The notes: generated from the sequence alone by a model not told the origin. Positions 23,297 through 38,580 are shown, counted from the stretch's first letter. The stretch is 64,000 nucleotides of DNA from Octopus vulgaris (GCA_951406725.2 OX597837.1:20150001-20214000), one strand, 5' to 3'. Made by a program: numbers and translations.

Positions 23297-26200
23297 CAGT
23301 ATAGGCCGCCACGAGGCTTAATTGAAAGACTGCCATCTGACCAAAGTACGCAAAGGCCTGAAGATACAAGAAATTCTATTGTACCTGTTAAAGATAGCCA
23401 GAAAAACGAAAAAACAACAGTAACTGAAGATCTCGCATTTGCTGAAGAACACAGAGAGTCTATGGCAGAAATGAGGCAGAAAATCCTGAATACGCTTGAA
23501 GTTGTAAGACATACAAGTATGAATGATAGAGAACCACTTCATAAACTCTCAAATACAAACCAAAATAAAAAACAAATCCAAAATTGGCAACTATGTAACA
23601 AATGAAATAATACGAGAATTAAAACCTGATTTTACTGAGTTAAATGAAATTATTTACGCTTCTGCTAGGGCAATTGAAACCAGCTGTATGCCCCCGAAAA
23701 AACAAAGAAAACAAAACCTGGGAAGAAATCAAACCTGGAGAAGTAAAATTAAAAAAGAGATTGAATTTATGAGAGGGGAAATATCAATATTAAATGAACT
23801 AATATGTGGAAATGATGTAAGATCCAGAACGGGAAGAAAGATGAAGAGAAAATTTGGATCCTCACCAAGAGAAGAACTGATATCAATAAAAGAAACGCTG
23901 AAACAAAAAGTCCAAAGAATACGAAGATTTGAGAAGAGAAACAAGTTTTACAAGCAAAATAAACTGTTCACATCCAATGCCAAAAAATTCTACAGAGAAA
24001 TAAGGAAGGAGAAAGTAACCGTTAAAGATCCCCCTCCCATGGAAGAAGTTCAAAACTTTTGGAAAAGGATTTGGAGTGACAAGAAGACGTACAACATAAA
24101 TGCAGACTGGATTATACAAACTGAAGGATCCTACCAAAATTTACAACAACAAGCATGGGAAGACATCACAATAGCAGACCTAAGAAAGGCACTCACGAAG
24201 GCCCATAATTGGAAATCCCCCGGTAAAGATAGGGTGCCGAATTTCTGGCTCGCATCACTCCCATGCGCACACGGTAAGCTAGTTCAGCTGCTCAATGGAA
24301 TTATGAGAGACCCAAAGAAAACACCTGAATGGTTAGCAAGTGGCATTACTTACCTACTCCCAAAGAATAACGAAACCAACCTTCCAAAAAACTATCGGCC
24401 TATAACCTGTCTATCCACCACGTATAAAATCCTAACATCTATCCCTGCGGAGAAAACATATGCATTCATGGAGAAGAACGATATTTTCCCCATTGAACAA
24501 AAAGGGTGCCGCCGAGGCTCTTACAGATGCAAAGATCAACTGCTAATCAATCGTATGATCCTTGAGAACTGTCACAACAAGCACAGAAATCTCAGCACCG
24601 CATGGATTGACTATAAAAAGGCCTTCGACAGTATACCGCATCCATGGATCTTGAGATCGCTGGACATTTTCAAATTTCCCCTGTGATTTCAAACTTCCTG
24701 AAGCACAATATGTCGTTGTGGAATACGAATCTCCAATTATATCACTCTAATGGAGTACTTGCCTCAGAAAATATAAACATCAACTATGGAATTTTTCAAG
24801 GTGACTCACTTTCACCTTTAATATTCTGCATAGCCCTAATACCCCTTACAAGTGAATTAAACAAAACAGGGTATGGGTATAAAATTGCCAATAAAAAAAT
24901 AAGCCATCTATTTTATATGGATGACTTAAAACTTTATGGTAAAGACAATAATGAACTTGAAGGCCTATTGCGCACCGTGAAAGCATTCAGCGACGACATC
25001 GGGATGGAGTTTGGACTTGAGAAGTGTGCCAAGGCCACTTTCCAGAAAGGGAAAGTGAAGACCACAAATTCAGTCGTGTTAGATGTTGACAAATATTTAG
25101 GGATAAATGAAGGCTCTGGTATTCAGCATGCAAGCATGAAAGAGAAAATCAGGAAGGAATGTTATAGGAGAGTTCGTGCAGTCCTGAAATCTGAACTAAA
25201 TGCACGTAACAAGGTGTTAGCTATAAATTCCTTAGCAGTTCCAGTTGTTACTTATAGCTACAATGTGTTGAACTGGAATATGAGTGAAGTAAAGAATATA
25301 GATAGGAAAGTACGCAAGCTGCTGAGTTGTAATAGGATGCACCACCCAAAGGCAGACGTAGATCGCCTTTACCTTCCCAGAGCCCAAGGAGGTCGAGGCC
25401 TGATCCAATTTGAACTAGCTTACAAAGCAACCACAATTGGACTGGCCAAATATCTCGAAATATCGAATGACTGGATGCTAAACTCGTGGAAAATCACGAG
25501 AGACGAAAGAAGCTTCATTCTATCATAAAGGAAAGCAAAAAATTTGCTATTGATCTCGTGCAGGATACCCAAACTGAACAACCCGAGGGAAGTACGGCAA
25601 CTATTGTTGCAAAGAAGGTGAAAATGATGGCAATGAAAAAAGCGCACGAGCAATTGGCTGATAGGTGGGAGGAGAAACCTCTGCACGGCAAATACGTGAC
25701 CCGCAGCAAACAAGCTGATGTTGACCAGAAGCAAACCCATCAGTGGCTACGGAGCTCAGGGCTAAAAGCAGAGAGCGAAGGTTTCATCCTGGCTGCTCAA
25801 GACCAAAGCCTATTAACTCGGAACTACCAGGCCAATGTGATGAAAAATGGAGCAGACCCAAAATGCCGATTCTGCAACGACATGATTGAAACAGTGGACC
25901 ACCTAATCTCTGGATGTAAAGTCTTAGCACCAGTGGAGTATAAATTAAGACATGACAGAGTTGGCCAATATCTCCACTGGCTAATGAGTCGGCATTACAA
26001 TATCAAAACTGCCGACAAGTGGTATAATCACCACCCTGAGGCTGTAACTGAAGGAGAAAATGTAACCATTCTGTGGGACTTTCCAGTACATACAGACCGA
26101 ACCATCAAGGCCAATAAACCAGATATTGTTGTGAAAGACCAAAACAATAAAGTTTGCTTATTGATCGACATGAGCATCCCCTGTGATCATAATATCTCAG

Positions 26201-26605
26201 CGAAAGAGTTTGACAAGCTCAGAAAATATAAAGACCTACTCATTGAAATTGAGAAAATGTGGCATCTCAAGGCGGTTACAATACCAGTGATCGTAGAAGC
26301 ACTAGGAATGATCAAGAAGGGAACCGAAAATTATATGAGAATGATCCCTGGCTTACCATCCCTGCAAGAAGTGCAAAAGATTGTCTTAACTGGTACATCA
26401 CACGTATTGAGAAGAGCATTGTCGATGTGAGAACTGTTGCTGCTCATGTATTTTAATTTAACTAAAAAAGAAAAAAAAAAAAATGAACGAACTACTGAGT
26501 TTGGTTTAATGGCCTACCAATGTATACTATGAGTTTCTTTGCCCTAGGAGTCGGGAAGACACTCGGCAAGAAATGATAGCAAATTTGAAAGAAGAAGAAA
26601 AAAAA

Positions 26606-26606
<1 letters not shown>
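23297..26606 (+). mobile_element. R4/Dong-clade non-LTR retrotransposon (RT + CCHC + restriction-like endonuclease), 5'-truncated, in (TAA)n
   Basis: NWKSPGKD, NYRPITCL, WIDYKKAFDS, GIFQGDSLSP, YMDD, CRFC..ETVDHLISGC, RHD and KPDIVV..LIDMSIP..KYKDL. (TAA)n on both sides. Confidence 0.95.
23340..26430 (+). pseudogene. RT-RLE ORF broken by frameshifts near 23580, 24680 and 25490
   Basis: ORFs 23523-24686, 24644-25528 and 25486-26430 join into one polyprotein. An upstream frame reads ...MNDREPLHKL. Confidence 0.9.
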
Positions 26607-26653
<47 letters not shown>

Positions 26654-27196
26654 GATGCAGTACCAGGCAGTGGCTCTCATGGCTTAACTGACTGGAAGTG
26701 TTATCATCTACATGTTTTGTCTTAGTATAAAAGATGGGCTGTAGCAAGTTTTCTGTTCAATACCACAGATTTGCTTTTCAGTTGCTTGACCTTAACCAGT
26801 TGAGCATGTCCCTTGGTAATTAACGATATGTCTATCTCTGATAAAGAGCAAAAGTAATGGGGGAGCATCGTAACCATGTGTTGAAAGGAATTCTTTGGAG
26901 TTTGAATAATTCACCACTGGAAACATGAGTGTTTCGTTCATCATCCTTAAATAAACCTTATTCAGAGACCTTTTGACCGGGATTGGCTACTCGACCTGAA
27001 GAAAACTCTAACTGGGCCCCACCTGCAAATTCATGCGTTGTTTATCTTGATATGAGATCACTGTTTTGCGCTCATATGGTTGTGATTCATGTGCCTGGTG
27101 TACCTTTATTAGACGGGTGGTCACGATGGGTATACTGGGTTTCGTTCATTTCTACCTCAGTGTCACTTAGATGGCATACGCTGTTCTCTCACTCAA
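26654..27196 (+). mobile_element. ~550-bp non-coding TAA-associated element, copy 1
   Basis: Four homologous copies in the window, all adjoining (TAA)n in the same polarity. Confidence 0.85.
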
Positions 27197-27315
27197 GAAG
27201 AAGAAGAAGAAGAAGAAGAAGAAGAAGAAGAAGAAGAAGAAGAAGAAGAAGAAGAAGAAGAAGAAGAAGAAGAAGAAGAAGAAGAAGAAGAAGAAGAAGA
27301 AGAAGAAGAAGAAGA
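27196..27315. repeat. (GAA)n tract
   Basis: Directly visible. Others at about 7648-7730 and (TTC)n at about 40651-40880. Confidence 0.97.
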
Positions 27316-27414
27316 ACGATAGTTCGACATCTCATGTGTCTTCCGCAAGTTCAAAATAATCATCTCAATCTACTTCATTTTGGTAATACTAGTAATAATA
27401 ATAATAATAATAAT

Positions 27415-27475
<61 letters not shown>

Positions 27476-27478
27476 TTA

Positions 27479-28040
27479 AATGTCCTGATGAAGTACCAGA
27501 CAGTGGCTCTCAAGGCTTCTGATCTTAACTGATTGGAAGTGTTATCATGTACATTGTTTTGTCTTAGTATAAAAAAGATGGGCTACAGCAAATATTCTGC
27601 TCAATGCCACAGATTTGCTTGTCAGTTGTTTAACCTTAACCAGTTGACCATGTCCCTTTGTGGCTGACGATATGTGCATCTCTGACCACGAGCAGAAGTA
27701 GTGGGGGAGCAACATAGCCATGTGTTGAGAGATATTCTTTAGAGCTGGAATAATTCACCTCTGATAACATGGGTATTTCGTTCAACATCCTTAAACAACC
27801 CATATTCAGGGACCTTTTGAGCGGGATGGGCTACTCGATCTGAAGAAAATTCTAACTAGGCTCCACCCGCAAGGTCATGAACTGTTAAACTTGATATGAG
27901 ATCGCCATGTCGCCCACATATGGTTGTGATGCATGTGCCTGGTGTAGCCTTATCAGACAGGTAGTCATGATGGGTATACTGGGCTTCGTATATTCTTACC
28001 TCAGTGTCACTTTCATGGCATGCACTGCTCTCTCACTCGA
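27479..28040 (+). mobile_element. ~550-bp TAA-associated element, copy 2
   Basis: Homologous to 26654-27196 and flanked by (TAA/CAA)n. Confidence 0.85.
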
Positions 28041-29028
28041 TAATAATAATAATAATAATAATGGTTGCAAATTTTGTCACAAGGGTAGTTATTTTGAGGG
28101 AGAGGATAAATCGATTACATCGACCCCAGTACTTGAAAGGTACTTAATTTATCGGCCTAGAAAGGATGAAAGGTAAAGTCGACCTCAGCAGAATTTGAAC
28201 TCAGAACGAAAAGACGGACGAAATACCACTAAATATTTTGTCCAGCGTGCTAATGATTCTGCCAGCTTGCCCCCTTTCTAATAGCAACAACAAAACAACA
28301 TCAACAACGAAAACAACAACAACAACAATAATAATAATAATTCGTTCGTTTATTGGCCACAAGGGCTAACAAAAATCAATTAAAACATAAAGGGACAAAA
28401 CACAGGACGAAAGTTGGACCTGTGGTAATCGCATGGACTGTAGACGAGCTAAACGGCGCGTGTATGACTTTATGTTTGTGTTTGTGTTTGTCTCGCCACC
28501 AATGTTTGATAACCGGCCTTGGTTTGTTGATGTTCTCGTAACTTAGCCGTTCGGTAACAAGAGATCGACGGAATAAGTACAAGGCTTTAAAAAAATACCG
28601 TGAGTCGATTCGTTCGTGTTAATAACAAAACTCTTCAAAGCAGTGCCCCAGAATGGCCGCAGTCAAATAAGTTAAACCAGTAAAAGATAAAGAATAAAAA
28701 AGTACTGTGGATTTATATAAATTTTAATGGGTAATTATTCAATTTTAATGTTATACTGAATTAAATTTCGTAATATTAATATTATAGTACCTTATTATTA
28801 TTAGAGAGCCTTAATCTGCTTGAATTGAAATTGAAAACAAACATTTTGTTCTTTTGGTAAAAACTGATTAACATGGGATTTACTGTGTATTAAATCATGT
28901 TTTTCCCGAAAATAGCGGCCCACTTGCATGCTTTCCATTCTCCCCGCTGCCTTCCTTTTCGTTCTCCTTCTATCCAGATTATGCTGCATATGCATACACC
29001 ATGATGTGTGTGTGTGTGTGTGTGTGTA

Positions 29029-29093
<65 letters not shown>

Positions 29094-29300
29094 ATATATA
29101 TATGTATGTATGTATGTATGTGTATTAATTTAAGATGCACATAAACACGTTTAGTTGTGTATACATCTATCTATCTATATATACATATATACACGTATAT
29201 ATGTACGTATATATAGATATGTATATGTATATATATATATTGATATATTCGTACATATATACGTGTATATATGTATATATACGTATGCACACACATACAC

Positions 29301-29335
<35 letters not shown>

Positions 29336-29374
29336 TATATATACACACGCACATAGAAACATGCATAGATACGT

Positions 29375-29416
<42 letters not shown>

Positions 29417-29828
29417 ATATATATATATATACGCACACATAGATACAAGCATACATGCATTCACTCACACAGATATACACACGTATTGATGCCGCTATAG
29501 TGATATATATAAATATAATAATCATATGAATGGAATTTCCCAGGCTGTGTGTATATGTGCGTATATCTATGCATGTATGTAAGTATGTGTGTGTGTACAA
29601 ATATTTATATTTTATATACATATGTACACACACACAGACATATATACATATATATGGATATCTATGTGTATATGTATACATATATACATATAGACAAATT
29701 CATGTCAAGGTGTACATACATAAACAGACGCATTCGCATAATCATATACTTGTCTATAAGCGTACATACATATACGAAGCGAAGACACACAGACACGCGC
29801 ATTGCCGCACATAGTCTCTCCCCACCTC

Positions 29829-29895
<67 letters not shown>

Positions 29896-29910
29896 GTCAA
29901 TCTGTGTCTG

Positions 29911-29960
<50 letters not shown>

Positions 29961-30924
29961 AATCTATCTATCTATCTATCTACCTACCTACCTATCTATC
30001 TACCTACCTATCTATCTATCTACCTATCTATCAATCTTTCTCTCTTTCTCTCTATCTATCTTTCTCTCTTCTCTCTCTCTCTTACAAACAAACACACACA
30101 CACACACACACACACACAAGCACACAGACACAGACAAAAGCACAACGCGTGCTCGTACGAAATTTCGTGCAATCGGCAAATTAATGTGAAGAATTGGACA
30201 GAGAGACACCGTTTTCCTTTCAAAGACCCCCATCACTACATTACAAACAGTCACACACAGGCACGCACGCACAGACACACACATACACACACGCATACAC
30301 GCACACACACACACGAACGCACATACACACACATACACGAGCGCGCACATACACAAACACACACCCATATCTCTCTCTTTTCCTTCCTCCTCCTCATCAT
30401 CCTCACAACCATCACCATGACCATCATGACATCATCATCATCATCATCATCATCGTCATCGTCATCATAATTCCTGCAACAGGTTGTAAGCCGTTGTGCC
30501 AGACCACAGGAACCCTTGTTAGACTGTTCGGTAAATACAGTTCTTATGAATGGCATTCTCAGGAAATTCGGTGCAATTTTTTAAAGTAAATAAACCATTT
30601 TTCTCTGATGCCGACACCTAATGACTCTAGCCCCTCCACCGTTTGCCTCACCACCATCCAACCACCACTCTCGTCCTCCACCACATTCCACCTTACCCTA
30701 TGCGGAGCCCTCAAATACCCTTCCATACACAAATAAACAACTCAGTGAATAAACAGAGAACCCTACTGAGGATCTAACATAAATATGTATATATATATAT
30801 TTAGGTATATCTATAATTTATATAAATATACATAAGTGTGTGTGTGTAAGAGAGAGAGAGATTGTGTATGTATGTGTATGTCTATATAGGTATATATGTA
30901 TGCATTTGTGCACATATTCATATA

Positions 30925-30974
<50 letters not shown>

Positions 30975-31181
30975 CAAATTAGCAAGTTAAAATATTTCTA
31001 TAAGAGATAAAAGCAGAAACTATACGGAGAAGTAATGTTTACCTCCGCTTAAACATGACTGATCCGCAGGAACCGACTTTACTGCTACTTTTAACCCCAG
31101 GAGGACACCTCCACAGTTGGTAATTTAATGCAATCAGCGCTCAATATATACTGCGAACAGGGGAATGAATCGCTGCCATCT

Positions 31182-31435
31182 TCCAAGCACGAGAACACCA
31201 GACCGTACGGTTTCGACCTCTTTGTGTTCATCCACGGTGTCGGATACATGCCTACTTGGGATAGCAGTGGTTTGCTCCAGCTCACAAATCAAGTGACACA
31301 CGGACACTGATCTTGCAACCAGCAAATTAGCTTGTTAGAAAATTTCTATATTGCAAGCAGGGGGAGTGAACACCTAACACCGAGGATGACCACAAAGAGG
31401 TCGAAACCATACGGTCTGGTAGTCTCGTGGCTGGA
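31182..31435. mobile_element. inverted pair of hammerhead-bearing pseudo-LTR segments
   Basis: 31182-31242 is the reverse complement of 31377-31435. The plus copy reads aaca CCGAGGA t gacc acaaaga ggtc GAAA cc atac gg TC tggt. Confidence 0.65.
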
Positions 31436-33443
31436 CGAAGTTTTTCATACTTTCGTAGTTGATGAATAGATTACCAACTGCAGATGCATAAATTTATAGT
31501 ATTCAGCATACATTTAAATATATATTTATATATGAGATGAATAAGGAAATGTATAAATGCATAGTACTGAAAAGAAATCTTGTTCCTTTCAATTGAGGTT
31601 TGGTTTTTGGAAAAAGGAAAAAGTGACAATGAGCAAGATCTAGGGAATATGGTGGTTGTCGCATTCGTAGTATGTTGTGCTTGGACCAAAACTATAGCAA
31701 CTAAAAGCATTTTTGGCATTGACCCGCAGGGAGTTTCTCTGGTGCTGCAACTATGGGATTAAAATGTTACATGAAAGAATCGCATGATGAATCCTTCAAG
31801 CTGTGCAAACCGGCAAAGAAAACTTGGGGTAGTCCAAAAATGAGACGGTTGGATAAGTTGCAACCTAACGCGGATATTGAGCTAAAATACCGATTACTGC
31901 GTTATTTATCTAGTCCGCTAGAAAACCTCTGTTCGAGATAGAAGCAATGTACGAACCAAAAAGTAGTGTTTATCGCCACATTAATGTGGGTATTCTCTAA
32001 GAAACGACGATACTGCTATTTGAACCCTAGGAAGATGTTTCCTTCAGTTGGTTATTCAGTGCGCTTTCGCACTTGATGTTCATGGCAAGCAAAATCCCAG
32101 ACATCGCAGTTTGGAGCCTTTTGACTCTTGTAAATCGGATGTACCTAAGGGAGGTAACTCTGAACAAACTTATAAAGCAATAGCTTTTCGTAACATTCAG
32201 TCAACGTTGTTGACAGATTTGCACTGGTAAATCGCCTGATCGAGGAAAATAACGAAATGTTAGCGCCATTCCTGGCAGATGGCGACACTGAGCAACCGGT
32301 TGTTTTCACACCTTCTTACCATTAGAAAGGTATTTTCTCCTCGGTAACTGCAGTGAATTTGCCTTTTAGCAGTTGAAATATGTCACAAACATATTCTAAC
32401 TAACCTAAATTTCGCTTATGCCGAAACACTGCTTGACGCTAACATTTTGTTATTTGCCTCGAGCGAACAATCTAGCGGCGCAAATCAGTCAACAAATCAG
32501 TCAACCACTGAATTTTACTTAATGCTATTGCTTTATAAGTTTGTTCAGAGATGCATCTCTGAGATACTGACAGGAGACAAAAAACTCGAATCATCGATGT
32601 GTGGGATTCCTGATAGATGACGACACTGAACAAACCGGGTGTTTTCACCTTTTTATCATAAGAGAGAATTTTGTTTGTTGACGAACCCATTCAAATGAAA
32701 GCACAGGAGGTAAATGGTTAAATAATTAATTTCCATAATGTCCTTTTTATTTTGTATTAAAATTTTATGCATTTTACTCTTTACTCTCTTTTACTTGTTT
32801 TAGTCATTTGACTGCGGCCATGCTGGAGCACCGCCTTTAATCGAGCAACTCGACCCCGGGACTTATTCTTTGTAAGCCCAGTACTTATTCTATCGGTCTC
32901 TTTTGCCGAGCCGCTAAGTAAAGGGGACATAAACATAGCAGCAGCGGTTGTCAAGCGATGTTGGATGGGACAAACACAGACACACAAACATACACGCACA
33001 TATATATATACACATATATACGACGGGCTTCTTTCAGTTTCCGTCTACCAAATCCACTCACAAAGCTTTGTGACGCTAAGCAACGGGGACATAAACATAC
33101 CAGCTAGGGGGACAAACACAGACACACAAGCACATTTATTTGTAAAGTTTAGGAAGTTATTAAAAATTGAAACCCATCAGTGACCTTTGGGACTCCCTGT
33201 ATATCTATACCTTTATATATAGGATTTAAGAGACAGAAAATGGATTTGTAAGTTCCATTTTCTTTCTTTCATAAACTTTATATATAAACAGAGGAGTTAT
33301 ATATAAACAGAGGAGTTTCTGAAGTAAATCCAGTGGAATAAACACCCAGACTGATGTTGACATCAGGTAACCGAATACTATAAACAGGCTTTAAACAGCA
33401 TACTACAAGGGGTATATCCAAATATAAAATTATGACCTGTGTA

Positions 33444-33614
33444 GGCGCAGGAGTGGCTGTGTGGTAAGTAGCTTGCTTACCAACCACATGGTTCCGGGTT
33501 CAGTCCCACTGCGTGGCATCTTGGGCAAGTGTCTTCTACTATAGCCTCGGGCCGACCAATGCCTTGTGAATGGATTTGGTAGACGGAAACTGAAAGAAGC
33601 CCGTCGTATATATG

Positions 33615-33671
<57 letters not shown>

Positions 33672-33883
33672 TTGTGTGTCTGTGTTTGTCCCCCTAGCAT
33701 TGCTTGACAACCAATGCTGGTGTGTCTACGTCGCCGTCACTTAGCGGTTTGGCAAAAGAGACTGATAGAATAAGTACTGGGTTTACAAAGAATAAGTCCT
33801 GGGGTCGATTTGCTCGACTAAAGGCGGTGCTCCAGCATGGCCGCAGTCAAATGACTGAAACAAGTAAAAGAGTAAAAGAGTAA
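33444..33883 (+). mobile_element. full-length tRNA-derived SINE (family B, CORE-like) with internal (TA)n(TG)n
   Basis: A-box TGGCTGTGTGG, B-box GGTTCAGTCCC, CTTGGGCAAGTG and (GTAAAAGA)n tail. Partial copies at about 4115-4250, 5260-5435, 7885-8005, 8660-8740, 10875-11400, 12330-12420, 14200-14352, 15115-15300, 15975-16243, 28490-28690, 32774-33130, 36490-36690 and 37140-37515. Confidence 0.92.
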
Positions 33884-34306
33884 TGTATATAAATATACAC
33901 ACACACGTGGATTATGTTTCTCTTACATTTTGTTTTATTTTACTATATTTCTTTCCTCATTTTTAGCCTGTCACTGCCATTCACATATGTTGTCTTAATT
34001 ATAGTATATCCTAATTCTTAGGATGGATAGTGGAATAGCTTGATAGATCATGAATCGATGTATCTGTGCGCGCGCTTGTGTGTATATACTGTATACGCAA
34101 AGAATGCTATTGGCTGATTTGGTCACTTAAACAAAATAAACTTCCGCTATTTATGAAATAAGTACGTGATGTAAGTATTTCGTATGTGAACTAGGACGTG
34201 TGTGTGTGAGAGAGCGTATTTGTATGACTGTGTCTAAGAATATCCATATAAAGCATATGTGTGTGTATATTGGTACTGTTATCAATGCTCTCAAAATAGC
34301 ATTTCT

Positions 34307-34537
34307 TATTTCTTTATTGCCCACAAGGGGCTAAACGCAGAAGAGACAAACAAGGACAGACAAACTGATTAAGTTGATTACATCGACCCCAGTACGTAAC
34401 TGGTACTTAATTTATCGACCCCGAAAGGATGAAAGGCAAAGTCGACCTCGGCGGAATTTGAACTCAGAACGTAACGGCAGACGAAATAACGCTAAGCATT
34501 TCGCCCGGCGTGCTAACGTGTCTGCCAACTCGCCGCC
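34307..34537 (-). mobile_element. full-length SINE family A
   Basis: Head, core and tail all present. Confidence 0.92.
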
Positions 34538-34961
34538 TCTTAAAATAACATTTGGATCTTTACCTTTTGACCGACAGATTTAAAAAATAATCTTTTGTAA
34601 CTAAACACTTTAAAACATCGTATACTTGTAGAATGTGTCACATAAAACATCTTTTACTCTTGGCGTTGTTGAGAAAATTCTGTATTTTGGAAGTTATTTT
34701 TTGTTAAAGTTGTCGTATTTCGGTAATTTCAACCAATCAATGACGTTTATTCAGATGAATAAAATTACTGCTATTGTTTGTCAACAAGAACTTCCGGCGG
34801 TGTATATTTCGTTTGTCACTGTTATTTATGACATATTTATATATGCCTGACGGCAAGAGTAGAGTTAACTATATAATTAAAACAAATTACGAAACAGCTG
34901 CCAAGTAATGGAATATACCTCTGCCTTTTCACTTCCCTTTTCATCCATTCAGTTTGTAATT

Positions 34962-35005
<44 letters not shown>

Positions 35006-35224
35006 CACACACATATAAATGTATATGTGAGTATGTGTGTGTGTGGGCGTGAGCGCACGCGTGTGTGACGTGATTACGAAACAGCTGATGAATTACTCCG
35101 TTACAACTCCGAATTTCCCACCTTGTACGGGGAAACTTTAAGCATCAACAGACGGAATTACCAACTCTTTATAAGTGCAAACTTAGTTTACAAGTGTTAG
35201 GTAATCTTCCATCTATCTGTAAAC

Positions 35225-35264
<40 letters not shown>

Positions 35265-35396
35265 CATATGTATATACATATTATACATATACATATATAT
35301 ATAAATATATATTCTTATATATATATACATATATATGAATATATATATTTATGTATGCATAAATATATACACACACACATATATATATGCATGTAT

Positions 35397-35450
<54 letters not shown>

Positions 35451-35525
35451 TTATTGATTTACCTATATGTATATTGTCATACGTAGATGCACATGTTTAA
35501 CAATAACTGCAAAGATGTCCATGTG

Positions 35526-35584
<59 letters not shown>

Positions 35585-36356
35585 TCCGTGCATATATATT
35601 TGTTGGATTACTCAATTAATTCTCGTTAAACAATTTCTAGTCATTAACGTCGATATCATTTTGACTAATGCAACGCATTGTTGCAAATTCTGCAGACAAA
35701 ACTACACTGCAAAACATCAACAATAACAACGGTCTAAATGTAGCTATTTTACAAAATGTCTACTTCGACATTATTTCGGCGACGTTTAAAGCAAAAAGAA
35801 TATATATCTTTGTTCTGTTTATAACAATCAGGAAACTTTTCAAATCACAAAATCTCCTAATTAACTCTAATTGCTGAATCATTTCACTAATTTTTCTGGT
35901 TTTTATTGTTGCTGTTGTTGCTTCCGTTGTTGTTGTTGTTGTTGTTATTGTTGTTGTATGTTACCGGCCTTCTTTCTTTTTCTTTTCTTTTTCTTTTTTT
36001 TTTTGTCTTCTCCATTAATTTCTATGTACTTCCAATGTCAAGATTTAGTGAGAAACAAACTACCTCTCTTGTCATAATGCCAACGTTTTGTATGCAATGG
36101 AATTATATTAGTCAGAACTTCCCTTTAAGGGTACACTTGTTATAAAGTGTACACGTATGAATATATATATGTGTGCGTGAGTGTGTTTGTGTGGGTGTGC
36201 AGGTGTATGTGTGTATGTATGTATGCATGTATGCATGTCTAAGCGTGTACATTTTATACCACATGTAACCTGAAGCAGACTTCTGATGTTATATATGTGT
36301 GACTGAGTGTGTGCGTACTTGTGAATCTGTGGATGGGGTCTGATTTTATGCTTGCT

Positions 36357-36467
<111 letters not shown>

Positions 36468-37017
36468 TGTATGTGTATATATGTAATGTGTGTCTGTGTT
36501 TGTCCCCCCCCCCACCATCGCTTAACAACCGATGCTGGTGTGTTTACGTCCCCTTATCTTAGCGGTTCGGCAAAAGAGACCGATAGAATAAGTATTAGGC
36601 TTCCAAATAATAAGTCCTGGGGTCAATTTACTCAACTAAAAGGCGGTGCTCCAGCAATGCCGCAGTCAAATGACGGAAACGAGTAAAGAGTATAAGCATT
36701 AAAGTTGATGATATATGTGTGTGAGTGCGTGCGTGCTCGCGCTCGCGGGCGTGTGTATATAGCCGCATATGCGAATCTATTAAATTACTTTCACCACTGA
36801 TTGTGTTTGTTATCTGTTTTATCAAAATATTCCACAGTGCACACATTGTATATTCCGGTTGCATCGTCCTCGATTAGACGAACAAATCGATCTCATTTCT
36901 TGTTTCTTTAAACTTAGCACATAATTGTCGGTCTCCAATGCCAAATCGCTCTTATGTGGATGTAAACAAACCAAGATCGGTCGTCAAGTGCTGGTGGAGA
37001 CAAATACACACACACAT

Positions 37018-37131
<114 letters not shown>

Positions 37132-37298
37132 GTTATGTATATTCTTTTATTTCAGTCATTTAACTGCGGCCATGCTGGACTAATTTTTTGTAAGCCTAGT
37201 ACTTATTCTATCGCTCTCTTTTGCCGGAATGCAAAATTGCCGGGGCATGAACGCACTAGCATCGGTTGTCAAGCGATGGTGAGGGACAAACACAGACT

Positions 37299-37383
<85 letters not shown>

Positions 37384-37516
37384 CGGTCTTTTAGTTGTCG
37401 TCTACCAAATCCATTCACAAGGCTTTTTCAGCTTGGAGCTATAGCAGAAGGCACTTTCCGAAGGTGCCACGCAGTACGACTGAACGCGGAACCATGTGGT
37501 TATGAAGTAAGCTTCT

Positions 37517-37928
37517 TATTTCTTTATTGCCCACAGGGAACTAAACATAGAGACAAACAAGGATAGATAAAAGGATTAAGTCGATTACATCAACCCCAGT
37601 GCGTAACTGGTACTTATTTAATCGAGCCCGAAAGGATGAAAGGCAAAGTCGACCTCGGAGGAATTTGATCTCAGAACGTAACGGCAGCCGAAATACCTAT
37701 TTCTTTACTACCCACAAGGGGCTAAATACAGAGAGAACAAACAAGGATAGACAAACGGATTAAGTCGATTATATCGACCCCAGTACGTAAATGGTACTTA
37801 TTTAATCGACCCCGAAAGGATGAAAGGCAAAGACTACCTCGGCGGAATTTGAACTCTGGACGTAGCGGCAGACGTAATACTGCTAAGCATTTCGCCCAGC
37901 GTGCTAACGATTCTGCCAGCACGCCGCC
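37517..37928 (-). mobile_element. tandem pair of SINE family A
   Basis: Two consecutive copies (about 37517-37697 truncated, 37698-37928 full). Confidence 0.9.
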
Positions 37929-37990
37929 TTTGTACGTATGTACATATGTATGCACGTCCCCTATGTCGCTATTATTATTATTATTATTAT

Positions 37991-38524
37991 TGAGTGAGAG
38001 AGCAGTGCATGCCATCAAAGTGACACTGGGGTAAAATATACGAAGCTCAATATACCCATCATGACTACCCGTCTGATAAAGGTACACCAGGCACATGCAT
38101 CACAACCATATGTGCGCGACATGGTGATCTCATATCAAGATAAACAGCACATGACCTTGCAGGTGGGGCCCAGTTAGAATTTTCTTCAGATCGAGTAGCC
38201 CATCCGCTCAAAAGGTCCCTGAATAAGGGTTGTTTAAGGATGTTGAAAGAACCACCCATGTTTCCAGAGGTGAATTATTTAAACCCCAAAGAATCCCTCT
38301 CAACACATGGCTATGATGCACCCCACTACTTCTGCTCGTGATCAGAGATGCACATATCGTCAGCCACCAAGGGACATGCTCAACTGGTTAAGGTCAACTG
38401 AGAAGCAAATCCGTGGTATTGAGCAGAATATTTGCTGTAGCCCATCTTTTATACCAAGACAAAACAATGTACATTATAACACTTCCAATCAGTTAAGATC
38501 AGAAGCCATGAGAGCCACTGCCTG

Positions 38525-38527
<3 letters not shown>
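37991..38527 (-). mobile_element. ~550-bp TAA-associated element, copy 3
   Basis: Reverse complement of copies 1 and 2, flanked by (TTA)n. Confidence 0.85.

Positions 38528-38580
<53 letters not shown>

Noticed and set aside
23523-26430. Programmed frameshifting in the R4 ORF
   Set aside because: R4 elements have a single ORF. Multiple indels plus small in-frame deletions indicate decay or sequencing error.
30483-30589. Possible plus-strand exon after cctgcaacag
   Set aside because: Only about 35 codons, no recognisable homology and no partner exons.
31580-31941. Signal-peptide-like and LKCY (Ly6-like) short ORFs
   Set aside because: Different frames, no cysteine pattern and no convincing splice structure.
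34560-34850. Promoter-like CCAAT, TGACGT and ACTTCCGG cluster
   Set aside because: No downstream gene, and it looks like a dispersed DNA-element interior; not supportable as a promoter.
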